Origin: Muribaculaceae bacterium
GTDB taxonomy: Bacteria; Bacteroidota; Bacteroidia; Bacteroidales; Muribaculaceae
NCBI GenBank assembly: GCA_051871555.1
Contig: JBJECZ010000190.1
Coordinates: 1 to 56,491 of the forward strand
Direction: 5' to 3'
DNA: 56,491 nucleotides
The notes below the pieces were generated by a model, which was not told the origin of the DNA, searched no databases, and worked only from the letters and a program-made list of their open reading frames with translations. Positions 46,253 through 56,051 of the stretch are shown here, in pieces. Numbering within the stretch: position 1 is the first letter of the stretch; each line of letters starts with the position of its first letter. Both the position numbers and the translations under genes were made by a program.

Positions 46253-49075
46253 ATGAGAAGATTATTTATTAGTGCAATTGTTATCTTGAGCTTTGTTGCA
46301 AATCAAAACGCATGGGCAAACGGCGGTTTGCGCACTGGCGGCAAGTCACTCACCGAACAAAATCGCGATTCCGACCTCAAATTGTATATCGAAAGCATCT
46401 GCGGCGGCACGCTCAGCGACACCAGCGTTTCTTTCAGCAACTCAAAGACTCCGGCAAACAAAGTTGGCGACGTTTACTTTGTAGGCATCAACCACTACTG
46501 GAAAGGCGTCAACGCAAGCCCATACAACGCCTACACTCAAATCAACGAAGGCGTTGAAAAGATTGAGAAAGTGAACGACGATTGCAAGCAAACCACCTCG
46601 TCGGGTACATTCTACACCCACGAAGCCAAGAACGCTAACAAATTCTTCTTCATATCGCGTCGCGACAACCGCGGCAAAGGCACATCATACAGCCTCGCAT
46701 TTCAATGGTACGACGAATGGAGCTACGTTGAAAACACCAGCAACGGCTACGACCAGCTCACTGCTTGCTATGCCAAGCTCAAGGACGGCGCTCCTTTCTT
46801 CTCGCCTCACAACTGCGACACTTCGCTCGAAACCAACCACTACATCTCGCTCAACGACCCCAACGCCGACGACGAAGAATCAATGAAGGGATACAACTTC
46901 ACTGCTTTCCTCTACATTCCAAAGTTTGTGAACACCTCAAGCTCGGAAAAAGAGTTTAAAACAGGCGAATACACCTACAACTACAACCCAAAAACAATCT
47001 ACGTTAACCCTTCACAAAATGGCAAAAACGGCACATTCTATGTGAAGAATAGCGATGGCACTTACACCGAAAAAAGTTTTTATTACTCAACAAAAAGCAA
47101 AAACGGCGGCACAAAGACCACTGTTTATGAGAAAGAAGAAACAGAAGTTACCGTTACGGTTCCTGCCAACACTGTTCCTTATGTGTTCTTCTACACCGTT
47201 AACCTCAGCGGCGCACGCAGCGAGAAACACGCAATAACTTCGCAATTCGATTGCCCTTACGACGTCACACTCAACTGGACATCGGCTTTCGACAAATACA
47301 AGAGCCAAATTCCGTCGACAAAATACGACGGCATGAAGGAGCACTACATCCTCGAGCGCTCTTACGACAAAATCTCGTGGGAAACCATCGAAGGCATCAA
47401 CGACATTGAAGGCAACGACATGGCATCGTCGAGCGCCAAGACCTACACCGACAGCAACCTCAAGGACTTCAACGAAACCACAGCAAAGATTGGTTACACC
47501 GTATACTATCGCCTCACATCGGTTATTCAAAAGAGCAACGGCACCGAAATGGCACGCCGCACCGCTCCCGAAGTCATCACCGTTAACATTCCCGGTTCAT
47601 CGCCATTCTCGCTCACTCTCAAGGAAGACAGCAAATCAATCTACAACCCGGGCAATATAACCAGCGACGGCGAATACATTGAAGGCAACAACATCTTCAC
47701 AAACACCATCATTGCAACCGAAACCGACGACCACGACGACGTGATTCTCACCACCGGTGCCAAGCTCGAACTCACCCGCAAAGACGCCGGCAAGGACAAC
47801 CTGTTGGTTGTGAGCAGCTACACCGTAACCAACGCCTCGATGACCCTCTCGGAACTCGCTTCGAAAATCGGGTTGAACGGCATCTTCACCGAATCGGTTA
47901 AGACCCTTCCGGGCATCAAGACCGACTCTTCTTACCAGCTCCGCCTGAAAATAGGCAGCGACGTAATCTACTCGAACATCGTAGACATCGTAGGCTCGAA
48001 GGTTAGCAACCAATCGGTGGGCGTTCACCGCTCGGGCACTCCCGACAGCGAAACCTGCGCCGAAACCGAATTGTTCCACAACGAAGTGTCGTTCACTCCT
48101 GCCAACACCGGCATAGGCACCGGCTACTACATCTACTGCAACGGCGAAAAAGTGATGACCCTTGTTGACGGCGGCAACCGCAAGTTCACCGACGAAAACG
48201 GAAAAGAATACGCCGAGGATGCCAACGGCACACTCACCGTGGTGCACTACTCCGAAGCAGCTCCAATAGCTGTTGGCGAAACCGGCGACAGCGATATGGC
48301 AAGCTTCAGCTACTCGGTGGTTCATTTCGACGACAAAGGCAACACCTACGGCAGCGAAGCAATCAACGCCGAATACACCGGCTCTAACGAAGAATTGGTG
48401 GTTAACATCCCTCACAAGACTTCGAAGCTGGGCATGCACTACAACCTCGCTTTCATACGCCCAATCATCAACTGGGAAGTTCAGCAATCCACCGCCGACG
48501 TGGCTCAACCAATTGCCTACCAAGTTTGGCGTAAGGTTGAAAAGGCCCAATTCGAGCTCAACAACGAGCCAAGCACCGGCGCTGCAGGCAACGTGAACGA
48601 AGACGCCCTCGGCACTTTCGAAATGGTGGCTGAAGTTGAAAGCAACGTTCATCAATTTGCCGACGACATTTACTATGCCCGTCGCCAACAAACATCCACT
48701 GGAACCACTCAAATCGCTGAAGACGAGATTCGCCCGGTATCTTACTACGTGAAGGCTATCTATAGCGACGACGACGAAGTGGCTCAAAACGAAAAGGAGA
48801 AAAACTCCTACGTGATTGCAGTGGAAGCATCGGAAGGTGGCATCTTCACAGCCATCGACGACGTACAAACCGAAGGCATTTCGGTTGAGGTACGCGACAA
48901 CCACATCATCGTTACCGGCATCGAAGGCACAATCAACGTCTACAACGCCGCCGGCCAACTGGCAGCAACAGCCCATGGCGACGGCAACGTGACCGAAATC
49001 GACGCTACCGGTTTCAACGGAGTATATGTGGTTAAAGCACAGAACATGATATCAACAAAAGTACTTATCAAGTGA
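46253..49075 (+). CDS. Large secreted T9SS cargo protein with Fn3/Ig-like repeats, function unknown
   Basis: Signal peptide (..ANQNAWA). No catalytic motif was recognised. Beta-rich repeats are present (YDVTLNWTS.., YILERSYDKISWETIEG). The C-terminal T9SS CTD-like tail is GVYVVKAQNMISTKVLIK. Confidence 0.7.
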   Translation: MRRLFISAIVILSFVANQNAWANGGLRTGGKSLTEQNRDSDLKLYIESICGGTLSDTSVSFSNSKTPANKVGDVYFVGINHYWKGVNASPYNAYTQINEGVEKIEKVNDDCKQTTSSGTFYTHEAKNANKFFFISRRDNRGKGTSYSLAFQWYDEWSYVENTSNGYDQLTACYAKLKDGAPFFSPHNCDTSLETNHYISLNDPNADDEESMKGYNFTAFLYIPKFVNTSSSEKEFKTGEYTYNYNPKTIYVNPSQNGKNGTFYVKNSDGTYTEKSFYYSTKSKNGGTKTTVYEKEETEVTVTVPANTVPYVFFYTVNLSGARSEKHAITSQFDCPYDVTLNWTSAFDKYKSQIPSTKYDGMKEHYILERSYDKISWETIEGINDIEGNDMASSSAKTYTDSNLKDFNETTAKIGYTVYYRLTSVIQKSNGTEMARRTAPEVITVNIPGSSPFSLTLKEDSKSIYNPGNITSDGEYIEGNNIFTNTIIATETDDHDDVILTTGAKLELTRKDAGKDNLLVVSSYTVTNASMTLSELASKIGLNGIFTESVKTLPGIKTDSSYQLRLKIGSDVIYSNIVDIVGSKVSNQSVGVHRSGTPDSETCAETELFHNEVSFTPANTGIGTGYYIYCNGEKVMTLVDGGNRKFTDENGKEYAEDANGTLTVVHYSEAAPIAVGETGDSDMASFSYSVVHFDDKGNTYGSEAINAEYTGSNEELVVNIPHKTSKLGMHYNLAFIRPIINWEVQQSTADVAQPIAYQVWRKVEKAQFELNNEPSTGAAGNVNEDALGTFEMVAEVESNVHQFADDIYYARRQQTSTGTTQIAEDEIRPVSYYVKAIYSDDDEVAQNEKEKNSYVIAVEASEGGIFTAIDDVQTEGISVEVRDNHIIVTGIEGTINVYNAAGQLAATAHGDGNVTEIDATGFNGVYVVKAQNMISTKVLIK

Positions 49076-49168
49076 TTTACTAATAAATAATTGATTTTGA
49101 GGAAAAAGCGGTGTCTGCGACAGATACCGCTTTTTTTGTGTTTTTTATGAAGAAGATGATGATAAACG

Positions 49169-50095
49169 TCACTTATGCGAGGCGTTGCGCGGATGGTGAT
49201 TGAGAATTTCGCTGCGCAGCGTCGAACGGTCGATGTGCACATACACCTCGGTGGTGGTTATCGACTCGTGCCCAAGCATCTGCTGTATGGCACGCAAGTT
49301 GGCTCCGCCCTCAAGCAGATGCGTGGCAAAGCTGTGGCGCAGGGTGTGCGGACTCACCGTTTTCTTTATTCCCGCCAAGGCACACAAATCTTTGATTATG
49401 TAAAACACCATCACGCGCGACAATGCGCTGCCGCGACGGTTCAAGAACAGCACATCTTCGCTGCCGCGCTTCACTGTCATGTGGTTGCGCACCTCGCTTT
49501 TGTAGCGGTCGATGCACTCCAGTGCCACGTCGGAGATGGGCACCAGCCGCTGCTTGTCGCCCTTGCCAAGCACTATCACATAACCCTCGCTGGCAAACAC
49601 CTGCGACAAGCGCAGGGCAATCACCTCGCTAACGCGCAGCCCGCAGCCGTAGAGCGTCTCAATGATGGCATGATTGCGCACACCTTCGGGCGTAGACATA
49701 TCAATCATGTCAATCATAGCATCAATCTCGTCGACGCTGAGCACGTCGGGCAAGTGGCGCCCGATGCGTGGAGCCGGCAACAGCTCCGATGGGTTGCGGT
49801 CGATATAGCCTTCGATTTGCAAATAACGCATAAAACTTTTTATGCCCGACACGATGCGTGCCTGCGAACGCGGCTGTATGCCTACGTCAATCAGAGCACA
49901 CACAAAGTTTTCGAGCATCAGCTCGTCAACATCGTGTAAATCAACACCTTCGCCATCGATATAGCTGAGCAACTTGCCTACATCGCGACTGTAGTTCTCG
50001 GCAGTGTTTGCCGACAATCCACGCTGCAACCGCAGGTAAGCCACATAGCTGTCCATCACCCTCGATATGTTGGTTATCTCTCGCATCTCAACCAC
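49169..50095 (-). CDS. xerD: Tyrosine site-specific recombinase XerD
   Basis: N-terminal SAM-like domain (YLRLQRGLSANTAENY) and catalytic motifs (GLRVSE, HTLRHSFATHLLEGGANLRAIQQMLGHESITTTEVY). Confidence 0.85.
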   Translation of the reverse strand: MVEMREITNISRVMDSYVAYLRLQRGLSANTAENYSRDVGKLLSYIDGEGVDLHDVDELMLENFVCALIDVGIQPRSQARIVSGIKSFMRYLQIEGYIDRNPSELLPAPRIGRHLPDVLSVDEIDAMIDMIDMSTPEGVRNHAIIETLYGCGLRVSEVIALRLSQVFASEGYVIVLGKGDKQRLVPISDVALECIDRYKSEVRNHMTVKRGSEDVLFLNRRGSALSRVMVFYIIKDLCALAGIKKTVSPHTLRHSFATHLLEGGANLRAIQQMLGHESITTTEVYVHIDRSTLRSEILNHHPRNASHK

Positions 50096-50190
50096 AAATT
50101 TATCGCATATTTGTGGATTTTACACTATCTTTGTAAACACAAAAACCAAACACTCCAACGAAAAATTAAATAAGAGAATCATTTTTTTCG

Positions 50191-50772
50191 ATGAAAGATA
50201 TTGTATTCGCCACCAACAATGCGCACAAACTCAAAGAACTGCGCGAAATAGCCGCCGGCAAACTGAACGTGTTAAGCCTAAGCGACATCGGCTGCCACGA
50301 CGACATTCCCGAAACAGCCCCTACCATCGAGGGTAACGCAAAAATCAAAGCCGACTACATCAAGCAGCACTACGGCTACGACTGCTTTGCCGACGACACC
50401 GGGCTTGAAGTGAGTGCACTCAATGGTGCTCCGGGCGTCTACTCGGCTCGCTATGCCGGCAACGACTGCAACAGCGAACACAACATCGACCTGCTGCTGC
50501 ACAATCTCGACGGCATCACCGACCGCTCGGCACAGTTTCGCACATGCATAGCACTGCGCCAAGCCGACGAAACACTGCTGTTTGAAGGCATTGTGAAAGG
50601 CAAAATACTCACTGAACGCCACGGCACCATGGGCTTTGGCTACGACAGCGTGTTTGCGCCCGACGAAGCCGACGGCCGCTCGTTTGCCCAGATGAATGCC
50701 GACGAGAAAAACGCCATCAGCCACCGCGGCCGCGCCACACGCCTGCTTATGGACTATCTGCTCAACCAATAA
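50191..50772 (+). CDS. rdgB: Non-canonical purine NTP pyrophosphatase (RdgB/HAM1)
   Basis: Motifs VFATNNAHKLKE, ADDTGLEV, PGVYSARYAG, FGYDSVF and ISHRGRA. Confidence 0.9.
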   Translation: MKDIVFATNNAHKLKELREIAAGKLNVLSLSDIGCHDDIPETAPTIEGNAKIKADYIKQHYGYDCFADDTGLEVSALNGAPGVYSARYAGNDCNSEHNIDLLLHNLDGITDRSAQFRTCIALRQADETLLFEGIVKGKILTERHGTMGFGYDSVFAPDEADGRSFAQMNADEKNAISHRGRATRLLMDYLLNQ

Positions 50773-50937
50773 TACAGCATCTGCCAAATTCTTGCACGAG
50801 GCTTGGCAAACGATTGCTCTACAATAGCATAATCTTATTATCTTATAGCACAATATTCTTTTGCTGAGCCTATTCGGTTGCTCATTAAGGCAATAATTGC
50901 TATATTTGTAGAAACAAAACAAAAACCTCAAAGCAAA

Positions 50938-52464
50938 ATGAACCTAACCAATCGCATCGCATTTGTAGCTGTAGGTTGTGCTGCGGCAATGGCAGCCAGC
51001 GCCAGTGGCAAGCACACCGCCATCAAGCCTAATGTGCTCTACATCATGTGCGACGATATGGGTTACGGCGACCTCGGTTGCTACGGTCAGAAGCTTATAT
51101 CAACCCCCAACATCGACAGTCTGGCAAGCCAAGGCATGCTATTCACGCAAGCCTACGCCGGCAGCCCGGTGAGTGCACCGTCGCGCGCATGCCTGATGAC
51201 CGGTCAGCACAGCGGACACACAGCAGTGCGCGGCAACAAGGAGTATTGGACACATGCAGGCACCGTCAACTATGGCGAGTGTGTAGACTATGCTGTGGTT
51301 GGACAAGAGCCCTACGACCCCAATCACGTGATTTTGCCTGAGATAATGAAGGACAACGGCTACACCACCGGAATGTTCGGCAAATGGGCTGGCGGCTACG
51401 AAGGCTCGGTGTCGACGCCCGACCGTCGCGGCATCGACGAGTATTTCGGCTACATCTGCCAATATCAAGCCCATCTCTATTATCCCAACTTCCTCAACCG
51501 ATTCAGCAAGCAAGCCGGCGACACTGCCGTGACACGCATCGTGCTCGAAGACAACATCAAGCACCGCATGTTTGGCGACGATTACTTCAACCGCACACAG
51601 TATTCTGCCGACATCATTCACCGCGAAGCCATGCACTGGATTGAGCGGCAAACACCGGGCAAACCATTCTTTGGCTTGCTCACCTACACCCTGCCGCATG
51701 CCGAACTTGCTCAGCCGCACGATTCCATTTTCAATCACTATACGAAGCAATTCTTCGTCGACTGCACATGGGGCGGCAACGAAGACTCGCGCTATAACCC
51801 TGCTGACCACACCCACGCCCATTTTGCAGCAATGATTACGCGCCTCGACGCCTACGTGGGCGAGATTGTGGCTCTGCTCAAGCAAAAACAGCTCTACAAA
51901 AACACCATCATAGTGTTCACAAGCGACAACGGTCCGCACGAGGAAGGTGGTGCCGACCCTGAATTTTTCGGTCGCGACGGAAAGCTGCGCGGACTCAAGC
52001 GGCAATGCCTCGAAGGCGGCATTCGTGTGCCTTACATCGTATGCTGGCACGGCCACACTGCTCCCGGAAGCGTCAGCAACCATCAGCTGGCTTTCTACGA
52101 CGTGATGCCTACGCTTTGCGACATCATCGGTGTGAAAAACTACACCAAACGCTATGCCCGAACCCAAAACGACACCTTCGACGGACTGTCGTTTGCGCCA
52201 ACGCTCACCGGCAAAGGCGTTCAGCCAAAACATCCGCATCTCTACTGGGAGTTTCACGAAACCGACCAGATTGCAGTGCGCCAAGGCGACTGGAAACTGC
52301 TGGTGATTGCCGGCAAACCACACCTGTATAACCTTGCCAACGACGTTCACGAGGACCACGACGTGGCGGCTCTTCACCCCGAAAAGGTGAAAGAGCTGGT
52401 TGAAATTGTGCTCAAAGAACATACACCCAGCAAAAACTTTAAAATCACGTTGCCACAAATATGA
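50938..52464 (+). CDS. Secreted sulfatase (arylsulfatase family) with a Ser-type formylglycine motif
   Basis: Signal peptide, CDDMGYGDLGCYG, and FGly motif S-A-P-S-R-A-C-L-M-T-G encoded at 51172-51204. The start is set at ATG 50938. Confidence 0.85.
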   Translation: MNLTNRIAFVAVGCAAAMAASASGKHTAIKPNVLYIMCDDMGYGDLGCYGQKLISTPNIDSLASQGMLFTQAYAGSPVSAPSRACLMTGQHSGHTAVRGNKEYWTHAGTVNYGECVDYAVVGQEPYDPNHVILPEIMKDNGYTTGMFGKWAGGYEGSVSTPDRRGIDEYFGYICQYQAHLYYPNFLNRFSKQAGDTAVTRIVLEDNIKHRMFGDDYFNRTQYSADIIHREAMHWIERQTPGKPFFGLLTYTLPHAELAQPHDSIFNHYTKQFFVDCTWGGNEDSRYNPADHTHAHFAAMITRLDAYVGEIVALLKQKQLYKNTIIVFTSDNGPHEEGGADPEFFGRDGKLRGLKRQCLEGGIRVPYIVCWHGHTAPGSVSNHQLAFYDVMPTLCDIIGVKNYTKRYARTQNDTFDGLSFAPTLTGKGVQPKHPHLYWEFHETDQIAVRQGDWKLLVIAGKPHLYNLANDVHEDHDVAALHPEKVKELVEIVLKEHTPSKNFKITLPQI

Positions 52465-53588
52465 AGACAACAAAATTCATATTAACCCTGACCATTGCGC
52501 TGCTGAGCATAGCTGCCAAAGCGCAATTGTTCACCGTCACCGACAGCGTTTTGCTATTTGCTCCGGGCGATGCCGGTTCGAAATACTATCGCATACCGGC
52601 ATTATGCACCACTGCCGAAGGCACCGTGATAGCTGCCGTCGACAAGCGTTGGACCGACGGCGGCGACTTGCCTAACAACATCGATGTGGTGACACGCCGC
52701 AGCACCGATGGCGGCAGCACATGGGAAGATGCTGTAACCGTCGACGGCGAAGGCACCGACATAGGCTCGGGCGACCCGGCACTGGTCTACGATGCCAAAC
52801 GCCGCACCGTGCTGTGCATCTTCACCCACGGCAACGGCCTGTGGCAGTCAACGCCCGACAACAACGGTCACATAATGGTGGCTAAAAGCACCGACGACGG
52901 CCGCTCGTGGAGCCGTCCTGTTGACATCAACGCACAACTATATGCCGGAAAAGATAATTGGGTGACCTCGTTTGCAGGCTCGGGGCACGCCGTGCAACTG
53001 CGCAGCGGACGCCTGATGTTTGTCATTCAGGTGCGCACAAACCTCGAGAACCCTTACGCGCCACTGTCGTGCTACGCCTGCTTCAGCGACGATGGCGGCG
53101 ACACCTGGCAGACATCGCTGAACGCTGCCGACACCAACGGCGACGAAGCAAAGATTGTGGAACTGAGCGACGGTACACTCATGATGAGCATTCGCGTGCG
53201 CAACTGCGGCTATCACCGCAAGTTTTCATATTCGCACGACGGCGGCTTGACGTGGAGCGCCCCGGTGGCTCACACACAAATAATCGAACCTGCCTGCAAC
53301 GGCGACGTGATTAGCTACACCCGAAAAGGCAAACGCCCCGTGCTGCTGCACACAGTGCCATTCCACGCCTCGGTGCGATGCAACGTGAGCCTGCTGGCAA
53401 GCTACAACAACGGTGCCACCTGGCCACTGCGACAAAGCATTGTGCCCACCGGCTCGGGATATTCGTCAATCACCCAACTTGCCGACGGCTCGATTGGCTG
53501 TCTGGTGGAATGCGATTCGCCTAAAGGCTATGAACTGTGGTACTATCGCCTAAAACCCACCGACGCCATCACAAAGGCAACCTATTGA
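52461..53588 (+). CDS. Exo-alpha-sialidase (GH33)
   Basis: Signal peptide, YRIP motif (KYYRIPAL) and four Asp-boxes (STDGGSTW, STDDGRSW, SDDGGDTW, SHDGGLTW). Its start overlaps the sulfatase stop (ATGA). Confidence 0.9.
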   Translation: MKTTKFILTLTIALLSIAAKAQLFTVTDSVLLFAPGDAGSKYYRIPALCTTAEGTVIAAVDKRWTDGGDLPNNIDVVTRRSTDGGSTWEDAVTVDGEGTDIGSGDPALVYDAKRRTVLCIFTHGNGLWQSTPDNNGHIMVAKSTDDGRSWSRPVDINAQLYAGKDNWVTSFAGSGHAVQLRSGRLMFVIQVRTNLENPYAPLSCYACFSDDGGDTWQTSLNAADTNGDEAKIVELSDGTLMMSIRVRNCGYHRKFSYSHDGGLTWSAPVAHTQIIEPACNGDVISYTRKGKRPVLLHTVPFHASVRCNVSLLASYNNGATWPLRQSIVPTGSGYSSITQLADGSIGCLVECDSPKGYELWYYRLKPTDAITKATY

Positions 53589-53642
53589 GAAAAAATTAAA
53601 CTAATTAAATCCATTAATAACTCAAAAAAAACTAAAAGACTC

Positions 53643-55187
53643 ATGAAGAAATTAATTCTTTCAGTTTTGTCGTTAGCAGCCGCATTAACTATGACGCTGC
53701 AAGCACAATCTTTGTCAAGTAACACCGGCTGGCACTGGCGTGGAAACACCATCGTGACCGACACCCCGGTTCGCCCCGAAGGCCAGAAGGACGTAATTAA
53801 CCTCACCACTCCAAAGCTAGAAGTGGTGCGCGTAGGCTTTGCCGGACTTGGAATGCGCGGTCCCGGCGCCGTTGAACGCTTCTCCTATATTCCCGGTACT
53901 CAAACAGTGGCATTGTGCGACTACGAAAAAGAACGTGCCGAATCTTGCCAAAAATACCTCACCAAGCAAGGAATGCCCGAAGCCGAAATCTACAGTGGCG
54001 AATATGGCTACGTTGAAATGTGCAAGCGTCCCGACATCGACCTCATTTACATTTGCGCCGACTGGGACCACCACTTCCCTATTGCCAAATGCGCTCTTGA
54101 AAACGGCAAACACGTTGCCATCGAAGTGCCTTCGGCTATGAACCTCGACCAATGCTGGGAACTCATCAACCTCAGCGAAAAGAACCGTCTGCACTGCATG
54201 ATTCTTGAAAACTGCTGCTACGACTGGTTTGAAATGACTGCCCTCAACATGGCTCAACACGGCGTGTTCGGCGAAATCATTCGCGTGCAAGGTGCCTACA
54301 TCCACGACCTCACCCCATTCTGGGATGCCTATTGGAAAAACGGCAAAAACGATAAATTGGGCTGGCGTCTGCGCTACAACCAACACAACCGCGGCGACGT
54401 TTATGCCACTCACGGCCTTGGTCCGGTGGCTCAGGCTCTCAACATTCACCGCGGCGACCGCATGACCACCCTCGTGGCTATGGATACAAAATCGGTTCAC
54501 GGTGCCGAATTGGTTGAACAACGCACTGGCGAACGCTGCGACAACTTCCGCAACGGCGACCACACCACCACACTCATTCGCACTGCAAAGGGCAAAGTGA
54601 TTGAAATTCAGCACAACACCATGACTCCGCAACCCTACAACCGCCTCTATCAACTCACCGGCACAAAGGGTTTTGCCAACAAGTATCCTATTGAAGGCTA
54701 TGCTGTCGACGGCGGTCAACTCGTTGAAAGCGGCGTGATGCCTAAGGCTGACAACATCTCGGGCCACAGCTTCCTGCCTGAAAAAGAACGCAAAGCTCTC
54801 GAAGATAAATATGAGCACCCAATCCTCAGAAAATATGGCGCAATGGCTAAGGAAGTTGGCGGACACGGCGGCATGGACTTCATCATGGACGCTCGCCTGG
54901 TCTACTGCCTGCAAAACGGTCTGCCTCTCGATATGGACGTTTACGACTTGGCTGAATGGTGCTGCCTTGCCGAACTCGGCTCGCTGTCGATGGACAACGG
55001 TTGCGCTCCTGTTGAAGTGCCCGACTTCACCCGCGGTCACTGGGAAGATGTCGACGGTTATCGCCACGCATTTGCTCCGGCTGCCGACGAAGCTGCTGCC
55101 GAAGCCGCTGCAAAGGCTGCTACTGCCAAACTGAAAGCCAGTGCCGACAAACAAAAATCAAAAAAAGCAAAGAAAGCAAAAAAATAA
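53643..55187 (+). CDS. Gfo/Idh/MocA-fold NAD-dependent glycosidase-like protein (GH109-like), with a Lys/Ala-rich C-terminal tail
   Basis: Sec-type signal, Rossmann motif VRVGFAGLGMRG, GH109-like length and context. The tail is AAEAAAKAATAKLKASADKQKSKKAKKAKK. Confidence 0.65.
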   Translation: MKKLILSVLSLAAALTMTLQAQSLSSNTGWHWRGNTIVTDTPVRPEGQKDVINLTTPKLEVVRVGFAGLGMRGPGAVERFSYIPGTQTVALCDYEKERAESCQKYLTKQGMPEAEIYSGEYGYVEMCKRPDIDLIYICADWDHHFPIAKCALENGKHVAIEVPSAMNLDQCWELINLSEKNRLHCMILENCCYDWFEMTALNMAQHGVFGEIIRVQGAYIHDLTPFWDAYWKNGKNDKLGWRLRYNQHNRGDVYATHGLGPVAQALNIHRGDRMTTLVAMDTKSVHGAELVEQRTGERCDNFRNGDHTTTLIRTAKGKVIEIQHNTMTPQPYNRLYQLTGTKGFANKYPIEGYAVDGGQLVESGVMPKADNISGHSFLPEKERKALEDKYEHPILRKYGAMAKEVGGHGGMDFIMDARLVYCLQNGLPLDMDVYDLAEWCCLAELGSLSMDNGCAPVEVPDFTRGHWEDVDGYRHAFAPAADEAAAEAAAKAATAKLKASADKQKSKKAKKAKK

Positions 55188-55317
55188 GGGCTTAACACAC
55201 CCATAATGACAAGGGCTGCATTGTTGTTTCAGCAAAAATTCATATTTTTGAATCGCTAACAACCGGTGCAGCCCTCGTTGTGTACTTATGCACCAATAAC
55301 ACAAACATATAAACACT

Positions 55318-55842
55318 ATGATTATGAACAAACACATAGCATTTGCCATTGTTGTGGTGCTGAGCGCAGCAGCCACTGCCTGCTCGAGCAGCCGGCTCAC
55401 AAAAGAAGAAAAAGCACAGATTGAAACTCGCCGTGCCAACTACGTAATCAATAGCATCAACAGCCAACAATTCACCATCGAAATGGACCGCGTGACCCCT
55501 TATCGCGGAATCAGCCGCTCGCTCTCCTACGGCTACCTCATCGCAGTGAAAGCCGACACCATAGTGTCGTACCTGCCTTACTTCGGGCAAGCCTATTCGT
55601 TGCCCTACGGCGGCGGAAAAGGGCTGAATTTCGAGTCGACAATCACCTCGCGACGACTTATGCGCAACAACAAGAAAATGCTAACCACGCTGCATCTGTT
55701 CACCACAAACGACGAGGACACCTACCAATATATAGTGGAGATTTTCGACAACGGACGCTCGCACATCGAAGTGCGCTCGCGCCTGCGCGAAGCAATCTCG
55801 TTTGACGGCTACATGAAACTCCCCGACGACCTCAACCGCTAA
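55318..55842 (+). CDS. Small lipoprotein, possibly DUF4251-like
   Basis: Lipobox (AATAC) and 174 aa. The family call is from memory of similar Bacteroidales lipoproteins only. Confidence 0.45.
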   Translation: MIMNKHIAFAIVVVLSAAATACSSSRLTKEEKAQIETRRANYVINSINSQQFTIEMDRVTPYRGISRSLSYGYLIAVKADTIVSYLPYFGQAYSLPYGGGKGLNFESTITSRRLMRNNKKMLTTLHLFTTNDEDTYQYIVEIFDNGRSHIEVRSRLREAISFDGYMKLPDDLNR

Positions 55843-55938
55843 GCGCCTGTTTCTATATCTATTATCGCTCAGCAATAATAAGAAATTGTGCTCTGATTTT
55901 TGTTCGTGGCTAAAGAGTGATATTGATAAAAAAATGTA

Positions 55939-55995
55939 GTTTTTTATGCAATAAATACTCTGTACTGCATAAAATAGTATGTTTTTTATGCAATA
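55939..55995 (+). repeat. 15-bp perfect direct repeat GTTTTTTATGCAATA, two copies 42 bp apart
   Basis: Copies lie at 55939-55953 and 55981-55995 in the AT-rich region upstream of the terminal ATPase gene. Confidence 0.7.
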
Positions 55996-56051
55996 TACTT
56001 TTAAAATTGAAGAAAAAACAGTAATATTGCATTTGAAAAACAAAATATAAT

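Noticed and set aside
47636-48976. 446-aa ORF antisense to the 940-aa T9SS cargo gene.
   Set aside because: It is fully embedded antisense to a gene with clear signal peptide and CTD logic. The translation is Val/Gly/Ala/His-rich and low in complexity. Strong GC3 bias on the sense strand depletes stop codons in the antisense frame, so this is an artefact.
51139-52473. 444-aa ORF antisense to the sulfatase gene. A similar case is 53817..55154 antisense to the GH109-like gene.
   Set aside because: The same GC3-driven stop-codon depletion applies. The sense-strand genes carry unambiguous family motifs, while the antisense translations have none.
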